Shown: positions 19,094 to 30,107, numbered from the stretch's first letter. The stretch: DNA of 64,000 bases from an uncultured Prevotella sp. (GCA_900314455.1 OMVI01000040.1:3821-67820), one strand, 5' to 3'. Notes: generated by a model not told the origin, from the sequence alone. Translations and numbers: made by a program.

Positions 19094-20256
19094 ATTTCGG
19101 ATAAATCCTCTGTGATATAGCCTTGTGGCAGTTTGCGGCAGTTATACTGGCTTGCCATGATTTCGCCATAGGCTCCGGCAGAGCGTATTGCCAGCAAGTC
19201 GCCACGACTGGTCTTGTTTAAATCAATTGCTTTGGCGAAGACGTCGCTCGACTCGCAGATAGGTCCAACCACATCGTAGGTCGTCAGCGGCTCTTCGCTT
19301 GTTATGTTTTCAATCTTATGATATGCCTGATAGAGTGCCGGACGGATAAGGTCGGTCATTCCGGCGTCGACGATAACGAATTGCTTTGCAGTTCCCTGCT
19401 TGACATAAAGGCAGCGGGTGATGAGCGAACCCATTTGTCCGACAACTGCACGGCCAAGTTCGAAGTGGAGCTTTTGGCCCGGACGCAGTTTCAGATGTCG
19501 TGCGTATGTGTCGAAGTAAGCCTTGAAGTCGGGCACGGGGATACGGTTCGGATGCTGATAGTCAATGCCAAGACCTCCGCCAACATTAATATTCTCGACT
19601 TTTATGTTGTGAATTTCGAGTTCGTCCTGAATGTTGTTGATGCGGTTACACAAGGCTGAGAAGTCTCCCATGTCAAGGATTTGTGACCCAATGTGGAAGT
19701 GCAGCCCTGCAAAACGTACATTTTTCATCTTCGCTGCCTCAGCGATGGCAGGCTCCATGTCGCGCATTGCGATACCAAACTTGTTCTCTGCGAGTCCGGT
19801 CGTTATCTTTGCGTTCGTATGAGCACCTACATCAGGGTTTATTCGCAGACAGATGTCGGCTACTTTTCCCTTCTTTTCGGCAAGTTCATTTATGACTTCG
19901 AGTTCTGCAACACTCTCAACGTTGAAGCAGAAGATACCTTTGTCGAGTCCGAGGTTAATCTCCCAGTCTGCCTTTCCTACTCCGGCGTACACGATTTTGC
20001 GAGGAGAGAAACCTGTCTCGAGGCATCTGTGTATCTCACCACCACTGACACAGTCGGCTCCAAGACCTGCCTGGCTGATTATGTTGAGCACTTTCGGATT
20101 GGCGTTTGCCTTTATCGCATAGTGAACATAGAAGTTATTGTGTTTCGCAACTTCGTCATTGATAGCCTTGAGCGTTCTGTGCAAGAGTTCCGTGTCATAA
20201 TAGTAGAATGGTGTTTCCACCTTCTGGAACTTATCTGTAGGGAAATTACCTTTCAT
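19090..20256 (-). CDS. lysA: Diaminopimelate decarboxylase
   Basis: Motifs HYAIKAN, HFHIGSQ, NVGGGLG, ELGR, GPICESSD and AGAYG. Confidence 0.96.
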   Translation of the reverse strand: MKGNFPTDKFQKVETPFYYYDTELLHRTLKAINDEVAKHNNFYVHYAIKANANPKVLNIISQAGLGADCVSGGEIHRCLETGFSPRKIVYAGVGKADWEINLGLDKGIFCFNVESVAELEVINELAEKKGKVADICLRINPDVGAHTNAKITTGLAENKFGIAMRDMEPAIAEAAKMKNVRFAGLHFHIGSQILDMGDFSALCNRINNIQDELEIHNIKVENINVGGGLGIDYQHPNRIPVPDFKAYFDTYARHLKLRPGQKLHFELGRAVVGQMGSLITRCLYVKQGTAKQFVIVDAGMTDLIRPALYQAYHKIENITSEEPLTTYDVVGPICESSDVFAKAIDLNKTSRGDLLAIRSAGAYGEIMASQYNCRKLPQGYITEDLSEI

Positions 20257-20305
20257 CTTCTGTCTTCCGTTATCTTGTTTTGTGTTGTAGTTATCGCCCT
20301 TATCT

Positions 20306-21628
20306 CTATTTGTTGTTGAACAGTTTGTCGCTCAAACTCTGCAAGGCACGTTTCTTATCGGCCTCGCGAATGAGGAATGAGATGTTGTAGTTGCTGCCTC
20401 CGTAAGAAATCATACGTACAGGGATGTCCTTCATAGCGTCGGTAGCCAGAGTCTCGAAGCCGATATTGCTCCAGTCCAAATCACCTACAACGCAAACTAT
20501 ACACATATCGCCATCAACAGTGACGGTGCCGTATTTCTTCAGTTCATCTACGATTTCATCAATGTGAGTACCATCGTCAACGGTCATGGAGACGCCGACC
20601 TCACTTGTTGCGATCATGTCGATGGAAGTCTGATAACTCTCGAATATCTCAAAGACCTTGCGCAGGAAACCGCTTGCACCAAGCATTCTGCTAGACTTAA
20701 TCTTAATTGCAGTGATGTTATCCTTAGCCGCAACAGCCTTTATCTTTCCACGAACGAGGACATTGTCGATAATCGTTCCCTCTGCCTCAGGGTCCATTGT
20801 GTTCTTCAAGCGAACAGGTATCCCGGCATATTTAGCTGGCTGAACGCAAGTCGGATGAAGTATCTTGGCACCGAAGTAAGCAAGCTCAGAAGCCTCCTCG
20901 AAGTTCAACTGACGAACAGCCTCGGTCTTATCGACAACGCGCGGGTCGTTGTTGTGCATACCATCGATGTCCGTCCATATCTGTATTTCTTCGGCTCCGA
21001 TTGCTGCTCCGATAAGTGACGCTGTGTAGTCGCTGCCTCCACGCTGCAAGTTATCGACCTCACCGTAGGCGTTCCGACAAATGAATCCTTGCGTAACGTA
21101 TATCTGATAGCCTTTCTCGTCGTCCATTATCTTGCCCAACTTCTCCTTGATGTACTGCGTGTCAGGCTCTGCATTCTTGTCTGTTCGCATGAAATCAAGG
21201 GCGTTGAGCAATACTGCCTTTGAACCAGTCTCCAAAAGATAGTTCGTCATCATGTTCGTACTCATTATCTCGCCTTGAGCTACGATGCTCTTAGCCTCGA
21301 ACGATGTGAAGAGGTCCTTGGTGAAACTACGAAGATAATTGAACTCTTCGAGCAGGAACTGACGCGTCTTCTCCTTGTATTGCTCTGTGGAATATAGTTC
21401 TTCGATATGCTGTAAGTACTTCTTTTCGAGATTGTTTATGACCTCGTTAGCACTCTCCGGATTCTTCTTGTAAAGGTAGTTGCTTATCTCGATGAGTGAG
21501 TTTGTGGTACCGCTCATAGCTGAGAGGACCACGAAAACAGGCTCGTCGTTCTTACGAACTAATGCCGCTACATCTTTCATTCGCTGAGGACTACCAACCG
21601 AGGTGCCTCCAAATTTCATTATCTTCAT
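20306..21628 (-). CDS. lysC: Aspartate kinase
   Basis: Start MKIMKFGGTSVG (ATG at 21628), RGGSDYTA, WTDIDG, GAKILHP and ACT domains. Confidence 0.95.
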   Translation of the reverse strand: MKIMKFGGTSVGSPQRMKDVAALVRKNDEPVFVVLSAMSGTTNSLIEISNYLYKKNPESANEVINNLEKKYLQHIEELYSTEQYKEKTRQFLLEEFNYLRSFTKDLFTSFEAKSIVAQGEIMSTNMMTNYLLETGSKAVLLNALDFMRTDKNAEPDTQYIKEKLGKIMDDEKGYQIYVTQGFICRNAYGEVDNLQRGGSDYTASLIGAAIGAEEIQIWTDIDGMHNNDPRVVDKTEAVRQLNFEEASELAYFGAKILHPTCVQPAKYAGIPVRLKNTMDPEAEGTIIDNVLVRGKIKAVAAKDNITAIKIKSSRMLGASGFLRKVFEIFESYQTSIDMIATSEVGVSMTVDDGTHIDEIVDELKKYGTVTVDGDMCIVCVVGDLDWSNIGFETLATDAMKDIPVRMISYGGSNYNISFLIREADKKRALQSLSDKLFNNK

Positions 21629-21678
21629 AGTGTCTTGTTGTTTAATTTCTTTTATTACTGTTGTTGGAAGCATTACGA

Positions 21679-22422
21679 TTATTCCTCGTCAGTACCGTTG
21701 TCTTCGCCCAGGAATTCTGCCTCGGCATACTGACCGCCACCGTAATACTCTTCTGTAACGTCTTTGCACTCGCCGTCCTTGCACCTGTATACAGTGCCAG
21801 GGAACTTGTCGAGCAATGAGATGTTGTGTGTTGACATGATTACTGCTGCACCGTTCTCGCTCTGTTTCTTAAGTAGCGAAACGATGTTCGACGCCGTTTC
21901 AGGGTCGAGGTTGCCTGTTGGCTCATCGGCGAGGATAATCTTCGGCTTGTTGAGGATGGCACGGGCAATAGCTATACGCTGCTGTTCACCACCGGAAAGC
22001 TCGTGAGGCATGCTGTCGCGCTTGTCCGTCATTTCGACTTCCGATAGCACTTCGTTAATGCGGTCGTCAATTTTTGAGCGGCTCTTCCAGCCGGTTGCCC
22101 TCAGCACAAAGCGCAAATTCTTGTACACTGTACGGTCGTGGAGCAACTGGAAGTCCTGGAATATGATACCCATCTGCTTACGCAGAGCCGGTATCTTCTT
22201 GCGTTTTATTTCAGCGATGTTCTCTCCAAGTACATCAGCCTGTTCTTCGTCGCTCTTGTCAACGTCAAGTTCACCATACATGGTCTTAAGCAATGAACTC
22301 TTACCGGAGCCCACACGACCAATCAAATATATGAAATCGCCCTCGTCGGCATGCAGGTTCACATTCTTCAGAATTGGCTTTTCGTCCTGAAAGACGTTTA
22401 CGTTTTTATAATCAATCAGCAT
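21679..22422 (-). CDS. ftsE: FtsE-like ABC ATPase
   Basis: Motifs [24 protein letters not shown] and [10 protein letters not shown]. Confidence 0.8.
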   Translation of the reverse strand: MLIDYKNVNVFQDEKPILKNVNLHADEGDFIYLIGRVGSGKSSLLKTMYGELDVDKSDEEQADVLGENIAEIKRKKIPALRKQMGIIFQDFQLLHDRTVYKNLRFVLRATGWKSRSKIDDRINEVLSEVEMTDKRDSMPHELSGGEQQRIAIARAILNKPKIILADEPTGNLDPETASNIVSLLKKQSENGAAVIMSTHNISLLDKFPGTVYRCKDGECKDVTEEYYGGGQYAEAEFLGEDNGTDEE

Positions 22423-22431
22423 AATCTGTAT

Positions 22432-23082
22432 CTATCTTTTATATGTTCCGTTGTATTTGGCAATACGTCTGTCCTTGTCCCAGTCGGGGGAATGGCGCTT
22501 CAAAAGTTCTGCGGCGACATCGCCAATGCCAAGTCCCTTGTCGGCAAGGAGCACCATCAGATGATAGAGAAGGTCGGAAGCCTCGCCTATTAGCTTCTCG
22601 TCGGTACCCGAAACAGCCTCAATGGCAGTTTCAATGGCTTCTTCTCCCACCTTTTGAGCTATGCGCTTCGGTCCTTTTTTGAACAATGCGGTGGTGTAAC
22701 TGTTCTCAGGCATCTCCTTCTTACGGGTATTTATGACTTCCTGTAGTTCGCTAAGGAAGTTCACGGGGTCGTAAACATTGTCTTCAGCCCAGCAAGTATC
22801 CGTTCCCTTATGGCACACAGGTCCAACTGGATTGACGCGCACAAGCAGCGTGTCATTGTCGCAATCGTTCTTGATGCTGACAAGATTGAGGAAGTTGCCT
22901 GAAGTCTCTCCCTTTGTCCAAAGACACTTGCGGGTACGGCTCCAGAAAGTAACTTTCTTGGTTTCTATCGTCTTTTTGTAGGCTTCCTCGTTCATGAAGC
23001 CAAGCATGAGGACGTTGTTTGTGCGTGCGTCCTGGATGATTGCAGGAACGAGACCTCCCATTTTATCGAAATCTATTTCCAT
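22432..23082 (-). CDS. hisIE: Bifunctional PR-AMP cyclohydrolase / PR-ATP pyrophosphatase
   Basis: Motifs WTKGETSG, DCDNDTLL, CHKGTDTC, KVGEEAIE and EASDLLYH. Confidence 0.96.
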   Translation of the reverse strand: MEIDFDKMGGLVPAIIQDARTNNVLMLGFMNEEAYKKTIETKKVTFWSRTRKCLWTKGETSGNFLNLVSIKNDCDNDTLLVRVNPVGPVCHKGTDTCWAEDNVYDPVNFLSELQEVINTRKKEMPENSYTTALFKKGPKRIAQKVGEEAIETAIEAVSGTDEKLIGEASDLLYHLMVLLADKGLGIGDVAAELLKRHSPDWDKDRRIAKYNGTYKR

Positions 23083-23087
23083 TTCTA

Positions 23088-24578
23088 CTATATTCTTACG
23101 TTTATCCCCTCGCTTCGAAGGTACTTTTTCAGCTCGGGTATCTTAATCTCACCGAAGTGGAAAACACTTGCTGCCAATGCCGCATCAGCCTTTCCCTTGA
23201 CGAAAGCATCGCGGAAATGCTCCATATTTCCGGCTCCTCCGCTTGCAATTACCGGTATGCTGACCTCATCGGCAATACGTGCCAGAGCCTCATTGGCAAA
23301 CCCTTGCTTAACGCCATCATTGTCCATAGAGGTGAAAAGGATCTCACCTGCGCCACGGTCGGCAACTTCACGTGCCCAATCGAACAATCGGACTTCAACT
23401 CGTTCACGCCCTCCCTTGACATAGCAGTACCACCCGTCGGCATCATGACGTGCATCGATAGCACACACGCAGACCTGAGAGCCATAGTTGGCGGCTATCT
23501 CATTGATGAGCTGAGGACGCCTAAGAGCAGCTGAGTTGACACTAACCTTGTCGGCTCCGGCATCCAGCAACTTCTTGACATCTTCGAGTTCGTTGATTCC
23601 TCCGCCTACAGTGAACGGTATGTTTATCTCTTTTGCAACACGAGTAACCATATCCGTGAATGTCTTGCGTCCCTCGAAGCTGGCTGTGATGTCAAGGAAT
23701 ACGAGCTCATCAGCACCGGAATCAGAGTAAGCCTTACCCAGTTCGACCGGGTCTCCGGCTTTTCGAAGGTTTACGAAGTTGGTCCCCTTCACCGTCTCTC
23801 CATTCCGAACATCAAGGCACGGGACAATTCTCTTGGCAAGTCCACGGCTGTTGTTGCGTCCCATAAGTTTACGGCAGACATCAGCAGACACCTTTCCCTC
23901 GTACCATGCTTTACCCGTCACAACTGAAGGGATACCGTTTGCGTCGAGCTGCTGCAAGTCGTAATTACTCGAAACGCCGCCTGAAGCGATGAGATTCAAG
24001 TCGGGATATTCCGCCATTATCTGCTTATATAGCTCAAGGGCAGGACCTTGCATGGTGCCATCCTTGCTTATATCTGTGCAAAGTACATTCTTAACGCCTG
24101 CGTCGACATACTTCCTGAGGAACTCAGACAAGCCCACAGACGAGTCGTCTTTCCAACCGTTTATGCTTATTTTGCCATCGCGGACATCCGCTCCAAGTAT
24201 CAGTTTGTCAGCACCATAGCGCTTTAGCCATTCGAAGAACAGCTCCGGCTTTGTGACCGCGACACTGCCTATCGTCACCATTGACGCTCCAGCAGCAAAC
24301 GCCTCACGAATATCATCATCGCTTTTTATGCCTCCGCCAAAGTCAACTGTCAGTCCGGTAGCATCGGTTATGCGCTTAAGTACAGCCTGATTGATGATAT
24401 GCTTCGACTTAGCTCCGTCCAAATCGACGATATGAAGACGGCGGAAACCCTCGCGTTCGAACTCGCGAGCCTGCGCAACGGGGTCTTCGTTGTAAACTTT
24501 CATCTGCCCGTAGTTGCCTTTGGTAAGGCGAACGCACTTCCCGTCAATTATGTCTATTGCTGGAATTATCTCTATCAT
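23088..24578 (-). CDS. hisA/hisF: Fused HisA (ProFAR isomerase) - HisF (IGP synthase cyclase subunit)
   Basis: The N-half has [21 protein letters not shown] and TDISKDGT. The C-half has [23 protein letters not shown] and [10 protein letters not shown]. There is no stop between them. Confidence 0.93.
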   Translation of the reverse strand: MIEIIPAIDIIDGKCVRLTKGNYGQMKVYNEDPVAQAREFEREGFRRLHIVDLDGAKSKHIINQAVLKRITDATGLTVDFGGGIKSDDDIREAFAAGASMVTIGSVAVTKPELFFEWLKRYGADKLILGADVRDGKISINGWKDDSSVGLSEFLRKYVDAGVKNVLCTDISKDGTMQGPALELYKQIMAEYPDLNLIASGGVSSNYDLQQLDANGIPSVVTGKAWYEGKVSADVCRKLMGRNNSRGLAKRIVPCLDVRNGETVKGTNFVNLRKAGDPVELGKAYSDSGADELVFLDITASFEGRKTFTDMVTRVAKEINIPFTVGGGINELEDVKKLLDAGADKVSVNSAALRRPQLINEIAANYGSQVCVCAIDARHDADGWYCYVKGGRERVEVRLFDWAREVADRGAGEILFTSMDNDGVKQGFANEALARIADEVSIPVIASGGAGNMEHFRDAFVKGKADAALAASVFHFGEIKIPELKKYLRSEGINVRI

Positions 24579-25174
24579 AGGGCAAGAAAGTTTTTAAGTA
24601 TGCGTGCACCGACATCTCCGCTCTTCTCAGGATGGAACTGAGTCGTCCAGAAATTGTCCTTATGTAGGGCAGCCGAATAGGGTAGGATGTAGTCGGCTTC
24701 GGCTATCGTCCACTTGCAAAGGGGAACGTAGTAACTATGTACGAAGTAAGTATAAACGCTGTCACCAAGGTCTTTGAAAATACCATTCTCTGTGTTTTGC
24801 CTAATGGAAATGTCCTGCCAGCCCATCGCCGGAACCTTATCCTCATGGCGTGAAGGCTGAAAACGGCGGACATCAGTGTCGAAAATGCCGAGGCAATCGG
24901 TATCTCCTTCCTCCGAATGCTTACAGAGAAGCTGTTGGCCAATGCATATTCCCAGAACCGGCTGGGTGAGATTCTTGATTACTTCGTCAAGATGATGCTC
25001 ACGAAGATAGTGCATTGCCGTGGCTGCCTCGCCCTGTCCGGGGAACAAAACCTTATCGGCTTTGCGCAAAGCATCGGCATCGTCGGTCAGCAATGGCTCG
25101 ATGCCAAGGCGGTTCAGACCGTTGACGACCGAGCGGATATTGCCCGCGTTATATTTAACTATTGCTACATTCAT
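24575..25174 (-). CDS. hisH: IGP synthase glutaminase subunit
   Basis: Motifs [20 protein letters not shown] and QFHPEKS. Confidence 0.96.
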   Translation of the reverse strand: MNVAIVKYNAGNIRSVVNGLNRLGIEPLLTDDADALRKADKVLFPGQGEAATAMHYLREHHLDEVIKNLTQPVLGICIGQQLLCKHSEEGDTDCLGIFDTDVRRFQPSRHEDKVPAMGWQDISIRQNTENGIFKDLGDSVYTYFVHSYYVPLCKWTIAEADYILPYSAALHKDNFWTTQFHPEKSGDVGARILKNFLAL

Positions 25175-25202
25175 TTCTAATCAGACCTTTACAGCGTCTC
25201 GA

Positions 25203-26078
25203 CTATGAGAATATTATAGTCTTATTATTATATGTGAGGATTTTCCTTTCTATGTGCTTGGTGACTGCACGCGAAAGAACAATCTTCTCCAAGTCCTTGC
25301 CTTTGAGTACAAGACTTGCCGGGGTGTCCTTATGACTGACACGCATGACATCCTGCTCGATTATCGGTCCGGCGTCGAGCTCTGCCGTTACGTAGTGGCT
25401 TGTGGCTCCGATAATCTTCACGCCACGCTCCCACGCCTGATGATAGGGCTTCGCACCGACGAAGGCTGGTAGGAAAGAGTGGTGTATATTAATAATGTGG
25501 TGAGGGTAAGCCTTTATCATCTCGTCGCTGATAATCTGCATATAGCGAGCCAGGACGATGAAGGTGACCTGCTTCTCCTTAAGCAACTTCATCTCGGCGG
25601 CTTCAACCTCAGCCTTGTTTGAGTGGTCTTTCTTTATCGACCAGACGTAGTATGGTATACCGAACTGCTCTCCTACGTAGCGCAAATCTTCATGATTGCT
25701 GACTATGCATGGGATGTCGACGTTCCACTCTCCTGCTTTCCAGCGTGCAAGAAGGTCGTAGAGGCAATGGCTCATCTTGCTGACGAATATCGCCATGCGC
25801 GGTTTCACATCACTGAAATAGAGATGGAAGGTCATGTCGTAGCGCTGACCGTAGAGCGTATGAATGTAGTCGTCAATCTTATCACGCGGAATTATGAAGT
25901 CCTTCAACTCCCATTCTATGCGCATGAAGAACATTCCGTCCTCTCTGTCAACGTACTGGTCGAGGTAAACGATGTTGCCGTTATTGTCGGTAATAAACTT
26001 CGTAACCTCCGATATAATGCCCTGTTTGTCGGGGCAGTGCAACAGCAATATAGCTGTAGGGTTTGTTTCTTTTTCCAT
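25203..26078 (-). CDS. purU: Formyltetrahydrofolate deformylase
   Basis: ACT domain (CPDKQGII), LARYMQ, INIHHSFLPAF and LDAGPIIEQ. -7 box TAATTTTG at 26101-26108. Confidence 0.95.
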   Translation of the reverse strand: MEKETNPTAILLLHCPDKQGIISEVTKFITDNNGNIVYLDQYVDREDGMFFMRIEWELKDFIIPRDKIDDYIHTLYGQRYDMTFHLYFSDVKPRMAIFVSKMSHCLYDLLARWKAGEWNVDIPCIVSNHEDLRYVGEQFGIPYYVWSIKKDHSNKAEVEAAEMKLLKEKQVTFIVLARYMQIISDEMIKAYPHHIINIHHSFLPAFVGAKPYHQAWERGVKIIGATSHYVTAELDAGPIIEQDVMRVSHKDTPASLVLKGKDLEKIVLSRAVTKHIERKILTYNNKTIIFS

Positions 26079-26156
26079 TCCTATTATAATAATGCGAATG
26101 CAAAATTACTAAAAAAGATTTATTAACGTAGCTTATTGTTCGGAAAAGTCATAAAA

Positions 26157-28364
26157 TTATAACCTTCTGACTTCCTTCACGCCTTTTATCGTTCTGAGTT
26201 TCTTCATCAGCATGTTGAGTTTCGACGTATCATCGAGCAACACTACGAGGTTGCCGGAGAAGAGTCCGTCGTGGCTGTCGATGTTTATCGAGCGCATTAC
26301 GAGCTTTTCGTCCTTCGAGATAACATTCGTTATGTTGTTGACAATGCCAATATCATCGTTGCCGATAATCCTCAATGTGATGGCATACTGGCTCTGCCCT
26401 TTTCCGCTCCAGCGCGCCTTGACGATGCGATAACCGTAGCGGCGGCGCAGCTCCGGGGCATTCGGGCAGTCCATACGGTGGATTTTGATGCCTCCATTGA
26501 CTGTTACAAAGCCGAAAACAGGGTCACCGTAGATTGGATGACAGCACTGTGCAAGTTGGAAGTCAATGCCCTTGAGGTTCTTGTCGATAACGAGCACGTC
26601 GTCATTGCGGGCAATCTCCTCGCCCGGATTGTCGAATTCGAAGTTTTGTGCACTCTCTGCGACTTTCGACTCGTTGAGGTTATGGTCGTGGTCGTAGGCC
26701 TCCTGGTACTTGTCTATTATGGCATTCGGGTCCAGTTTGCCCTCCGCTATCTGCTGATAGAACTCACTTGCCTCCCTGAAGCCCATCTGCTTGATGAGAT
26801 GAGACATCACGCCGTCTTCCCACTCAATCTTACGGTTCTTCAACCGACGCTCAAGCAACTCGCGGGCGTAGGCTCCGTTCTTCGTCTGAATTTCCTTCAG
26901 GGCAAGCCTAATCTTTGACTTCGCACGCGAGCTCTTGACGATTTTCAACCACTCTAGCTTAGGCTGCTGGTGTGCCGATGTGTTTATCTCGACTGTGTCG
27001 CCACTGTTCAACTGAGTTTTAAGGCTGACATTCTTGCCGTTAATCTTACCGCCTACGCAAGTATTTCCAATCTTCGAGTGAATATGATATGCAAAGTCAA
27101 GTACCGTTGCACCCTTCGGGAACTTCAGCAAGTCGCCCTTTGGGGTGAAGACATATATCTCCTTGTCATACAAATCACTCTTGAACTGGTCCATAACTTC
27201 GAGGTCGTTGCCAGCCTCAAGAGCCGAACGGATGCTTGCAAGCCAGTCGTCGAGACCTCCTTCAGCCTTGATTCCCTTGTAGCGCCAGTGAGCCGCGAGA
27301 CCGTGTTCGGCAATCTCGTCCATGCGCTCGGTACGTATCTGAACCTCGACCCATTTGTTCTCAGGACCGAGGACCGTGATGTGCAGACTCTCGTAGCCAT
27401 TCGACTTCGGTACCGAAAGCCAGTCGCGAAGTCGCTTAGGGTTAGGCTGATACATGTCGGTGATAATGGAATAAACCTGCCAGCACTGCATCTTCTCTTT
27501 CTCAGGGGGCGAGTCCAAGATGATTCGGATTGCAAAGAGGTCGTAGATTCCATTGAATCCGCAATGCTGCTTGTTCATTTTCTGCCATATAGAGTGTATG
27601 CTCTTAGTGCGTCCCTTTATGTGGAACTTCAGCCCGGCAGCCTCAAGACGAGCCTTAACCGGCTTGATAAACCGCTCTATATATGCATCACGCGAACGCT
27701 TAGTAGCATTCAAGTCATCCTTAATCTCATAGTATGCGTCATGCTCCAAGTACTTGAGGCTCAAGTCCTCGAGCTCGCTTTTAAGCTGATATAGTCCCAG
27801 TTTGTGAGCCAAAGGAGCATATAGGTAGCTTGCCTCCTCAGCAACCTCGTGGCGTGCCTCAGTGTTCTCCGTGTCACGAATTTGCCTCATGAGGTTCACC
27901 CTGTCAGCAATCATTATGAGAATGACACGCATATCCTCGGCAAAACTCAAAAGAAGGTTGCGGAAGTTCTCGCTTTCTATCTTCGGGTTCTTCTTGTACA
28001 GTTCCTGAATTCTGACCAATCCGTGTATAATCTTGCTGACTCCTTCGCCGAAGTCAGCCTTGACATCATCTATAGAAACGCTGGAAGACAATACAGGCAC
28101 ATAGAGCAGAATGGCGATAACGCCGTCGCGCCGCAATCCGATATCGTCGATGGCAATCTTCGCTGTCTGCAAAGCCTCGACGAAGGGATTGAAACCGAAG
28201 GCGTCGCGGGTAATCAGTCCGCTGTTGATAGAGCCTTCAATGGTCGTTTTCAGTTTCGTTTCGTCGTCAGGTTGCAACGAGTCGGCAATCTTCGGACGCA
28301 GCTCATTACACAGCTCTTCGACCTTTGTCTTCTCTTCTTCTGTAAATATTAATTTCTCTTCCAT
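26157..28364 (-). CDS. relA: Long RelA/SpoT homolog, (p)ppGpp synthetase with a degenerate HD domain
   Basis: YAPLAHKLG, GRTKSIHSI, DLFAIRI, NGYESLH, EVQIRT, AAHWRYK, TGS (VFTPKG), CCHP and ACT. -7 box at 28404-28411. Confidence 0.93.
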   Translation of the reverse strand: MEEKLIFTEEEKTKVEELCNELRPKIADSLQPDDETKLKTTIEGSINSGLITRDAFGFNPFVEALQTAKIAIDDIGLRRDGVIAILLYVPVLSSSVSIDDVKADFGEGVSKIIHGLVRIQELYKKNPKIESENFRNLLLSFAEDMRVILIMIADRVNLMRQIRDTENTEARHEVAEEASYLYAPLAHKLGLYQLKSELEDLSLKYLEHDAYYEIKDDLNATKRSRDAYIERFIKPVKARLEAAGLKFHIKGRTKSIHSIWQKMNKQHCGFNGIYDLFAIRIILDSPPEKEKMQCWQVYSIITDMYQPNPKRLRDWLSVPKSNGYESLHITVLGPENKWVEVQIRTERMDEIAEHGLAAHWRYKGIKAEGGLDDWLASIRSALEAGNDLEVMDQFKSDLYDKEIYVFTPKGDLLKFPKGATVLDFAYHIHSKIGNTCVGGKINGKNVSLKTQLNSGDTVEINTSAHQQPKLEWLKIVKSSRAKSKIRLALKEIQTKNGAYARELLERRLKNRKIEWEDGVMSHLIKQMGFREASEFYQQIAEGKLDPNAIIDKYQEAYDHDHNLNESKVAESAQNFEFDNPGEEIARNDDVLVIDKNLKGIDFQLAQCCHPIYGDPVFGFVTVNGGIKIHRMDCPNAPELRRRYGYRIVKARWSGKGQSQYAITLRIIGNDDIGIVNNITNVISKDEKLVMRSINIDSHDGLFSGNLVVLLDDTSKLNMLMKKLRTIKGVKEVRRL

Positions 28365-28509
28365 AAACCACCAAATTTCTCATTCATAATGGTTATATGC
28401 TTACAAAGTTATTAAAAAAAATCTATTTAGCGGATAAGATTTTGGTATTTTAATTATTTTGCCGTATCTTTGCTCAATAAAATGAATAAATAACCTTAAA
28501 CAATTCAAT

Positions 28510-30027
28510 ATGTTATCTGAAAAGGACAAACAACAAATTGCCGCTAAAGGCATATCAGAAGAGAAACTCAACGAAGAGTTCGAACAGTTCAAGACAGGCT
28601 TCCCGTTCCTTAAACTCGAAGGAGCGGCTGCAATTGGCAAGGGCATAATGGCTCCTACCGATGCTGAACGTGATAAGTACATTGCCGCCTGGGAGAACTA
28701 CAAGTCAGCCGGACACCGCATCGTGAAGTTCGTACCGGCAAGTGGCGCAGCAAGCCGCATGTTCAAGAACATGTTCGCATTCCTCAATGCGGACTACGAT
28801 ACTCCTCAGACCGACTTTGAGAAGCAATTCTTCGCTGGCATAAAGAAGTTCGCTTTCCATAAGGAACTGTGCGACAAGTGCAAGGCGACGACAGGCAAGA
28901 GCATCAAGGAACTGCTCGATGAAGGAAACTACAAGGCTATTGTGGCAGCCATGCTGAATGCTGACGGACTCAACTACGGTCAACTGCCGAAGGGCCTGCT
29001 GCTCTTCCACAGCTATCCGGAGGGACCGCGCACGCCAATGGAGGAACACCTCGTAGAGGCTGCACTGTATGCAAGCTCAAACGGCGAGGCACACGTTCAC
29101 TTCACTGTCAGCCACGAACACATGGAACTTTTCAAGGCTAAGGTGGCCGAAAAGGCTGACAAGTACGCCGAGAAATATGGTATCAAGTATGACATTACAT
29201 TCTCTGAGCAGAAGCCAAGTACCGATACCGTCGCTGTAAATCCTGACAACACACCATTCAGAAACGACGATGGCACACTGCTGTTCCGTCCGGGTGGCCA
29301 CGGCGCTCTTATCGAGAACCTCAATGAGATAGATGCTGATGTCGTCTTCATCAAAAACATCGACAACGTCGTTCCTGACCGTCTGAAAGGCGATACCGTT
29401 ACATATAAGAAACTGATTGCCGGCGTTCTCGTCACACTTCAGAAGAAAGTATTCGAGTATCTGCGCATTCTCGACAGCGGAAACTACAACCACGAGAAGC
29501 TTGAAGAGATTATCCGCTTCCTGCAACGCGACCTTTGCTGCCGCAAGCCGGACATCAAGGAGCTTGAGGACGCAGAGCTGGTAATCTATCTGAAGAAGAA
29601 GTTGAACCGTCCGATGCGTGTCTGCGGTATGGTGAAGAATGTCGGCGAGCCTGGCGGCGGTCCGTTCCTTACGTACAATCAGGACGGTACCATCAGTCTG
29701 CAAATACTCGAATCGAGCCAGATAGACCAAAATAACGCAGAATACGTAGCCATGTTCAAGCAGGGCACACACTTCAATCCGGTCGACTTGGTTTGCGCAA
29801 CTAAGGACTACAAGGGCAAGCCATTCAATCTGCCTGACTATGTTGACAAGACCACGGGCTTCATTTCGAGCAAGAGTAAGGACGGCCGCGACCTCAAGGC
29901 ACTTGAGCTGCCTGGATTGTGGAACGGTTCTATGAGCGACTGGAACACCGTATTCGTCGAGGTTCCACTGTCTACATTCAATCCTGTTAAGACTGTTAAT
30001 GACTTGCTGCGTGAGCAACATCAGTAA
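28510..30027 (+). CDS. DUF4301 family protein (UDP-sugar pyrophosphorylase-like motifs)
   Basis: Motifs KFVPASGAASRMFK, FRPGGHGAL, IKNIDN, GEPGGGPF and FNPVKT. -7 box TATCTTTG at 28465-28472. Confidence 0.85.
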   Translation: MLSEKDKQQIAAKGISEEKLNEEFEQFKTGFPFLKLEGAAAIGKGIMAPTDAERDKYIAAWENYKSAGHRIVKFVPASGAASRMFKNMFAFLNADYDTPQTDFEKQFFAGIKKFAFHKELCDKCKATTGKSIKELLDEGNYKAIVAAMLNADGLNYGQLPKGLLLFHSYPEGPRTPMEEHLVEAALYASSNGEAHVHFTVSHEHMELFKAKVAEKADKYAEKYGIKYDITFSEQKPSTDTVAVNPDNTPFRNDDGTLLFRPGGHGALIENLNEIDADVVFIKNIDNVVPDRLKGDTVTYKKLIAGVLVTLQKKVFEYLRILDSGNYNHEKLEEIIRFLQRDLCCRKPDIKELEDAELVIYLKKKLNRPMRVCGMVKNVGEPGGGPFLTYNQDGTISLQILESSQIDQNNAEYVAMFKQGTHFNPVDLVCATKDYKGKPFNLPDYVDKTTGFISSKSKDGRDLKALELPGLWNGSMSDWNTVFVEVPLSTFNPVKTVNDLLREQHQ

Positions 30028-30054
30028 CAAAATATTAAAGTTCTAATATCTAAT

Positions 30055-30098
30055 GGCTATCCGCACGCATTCATCCGGATGCTCTGCGGATAGTCTTT
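30055..30098 (+). terminator. Hairpin after the DUF4301 gene
   Basis: GGCTATCCGCA...TGCGGATAGTC followed by TTT. Confidence 0.6.
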
Positions 30099-30107
30099 AA
30101 ATTCTAT

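Noticed and set aside
29077-30030. 317-aa antisense ORF (also 26970-27794, 12515-13252 and similar)
   Set aside because: These are shadow ORFs opposite well-supported genes, explained by codon bias.
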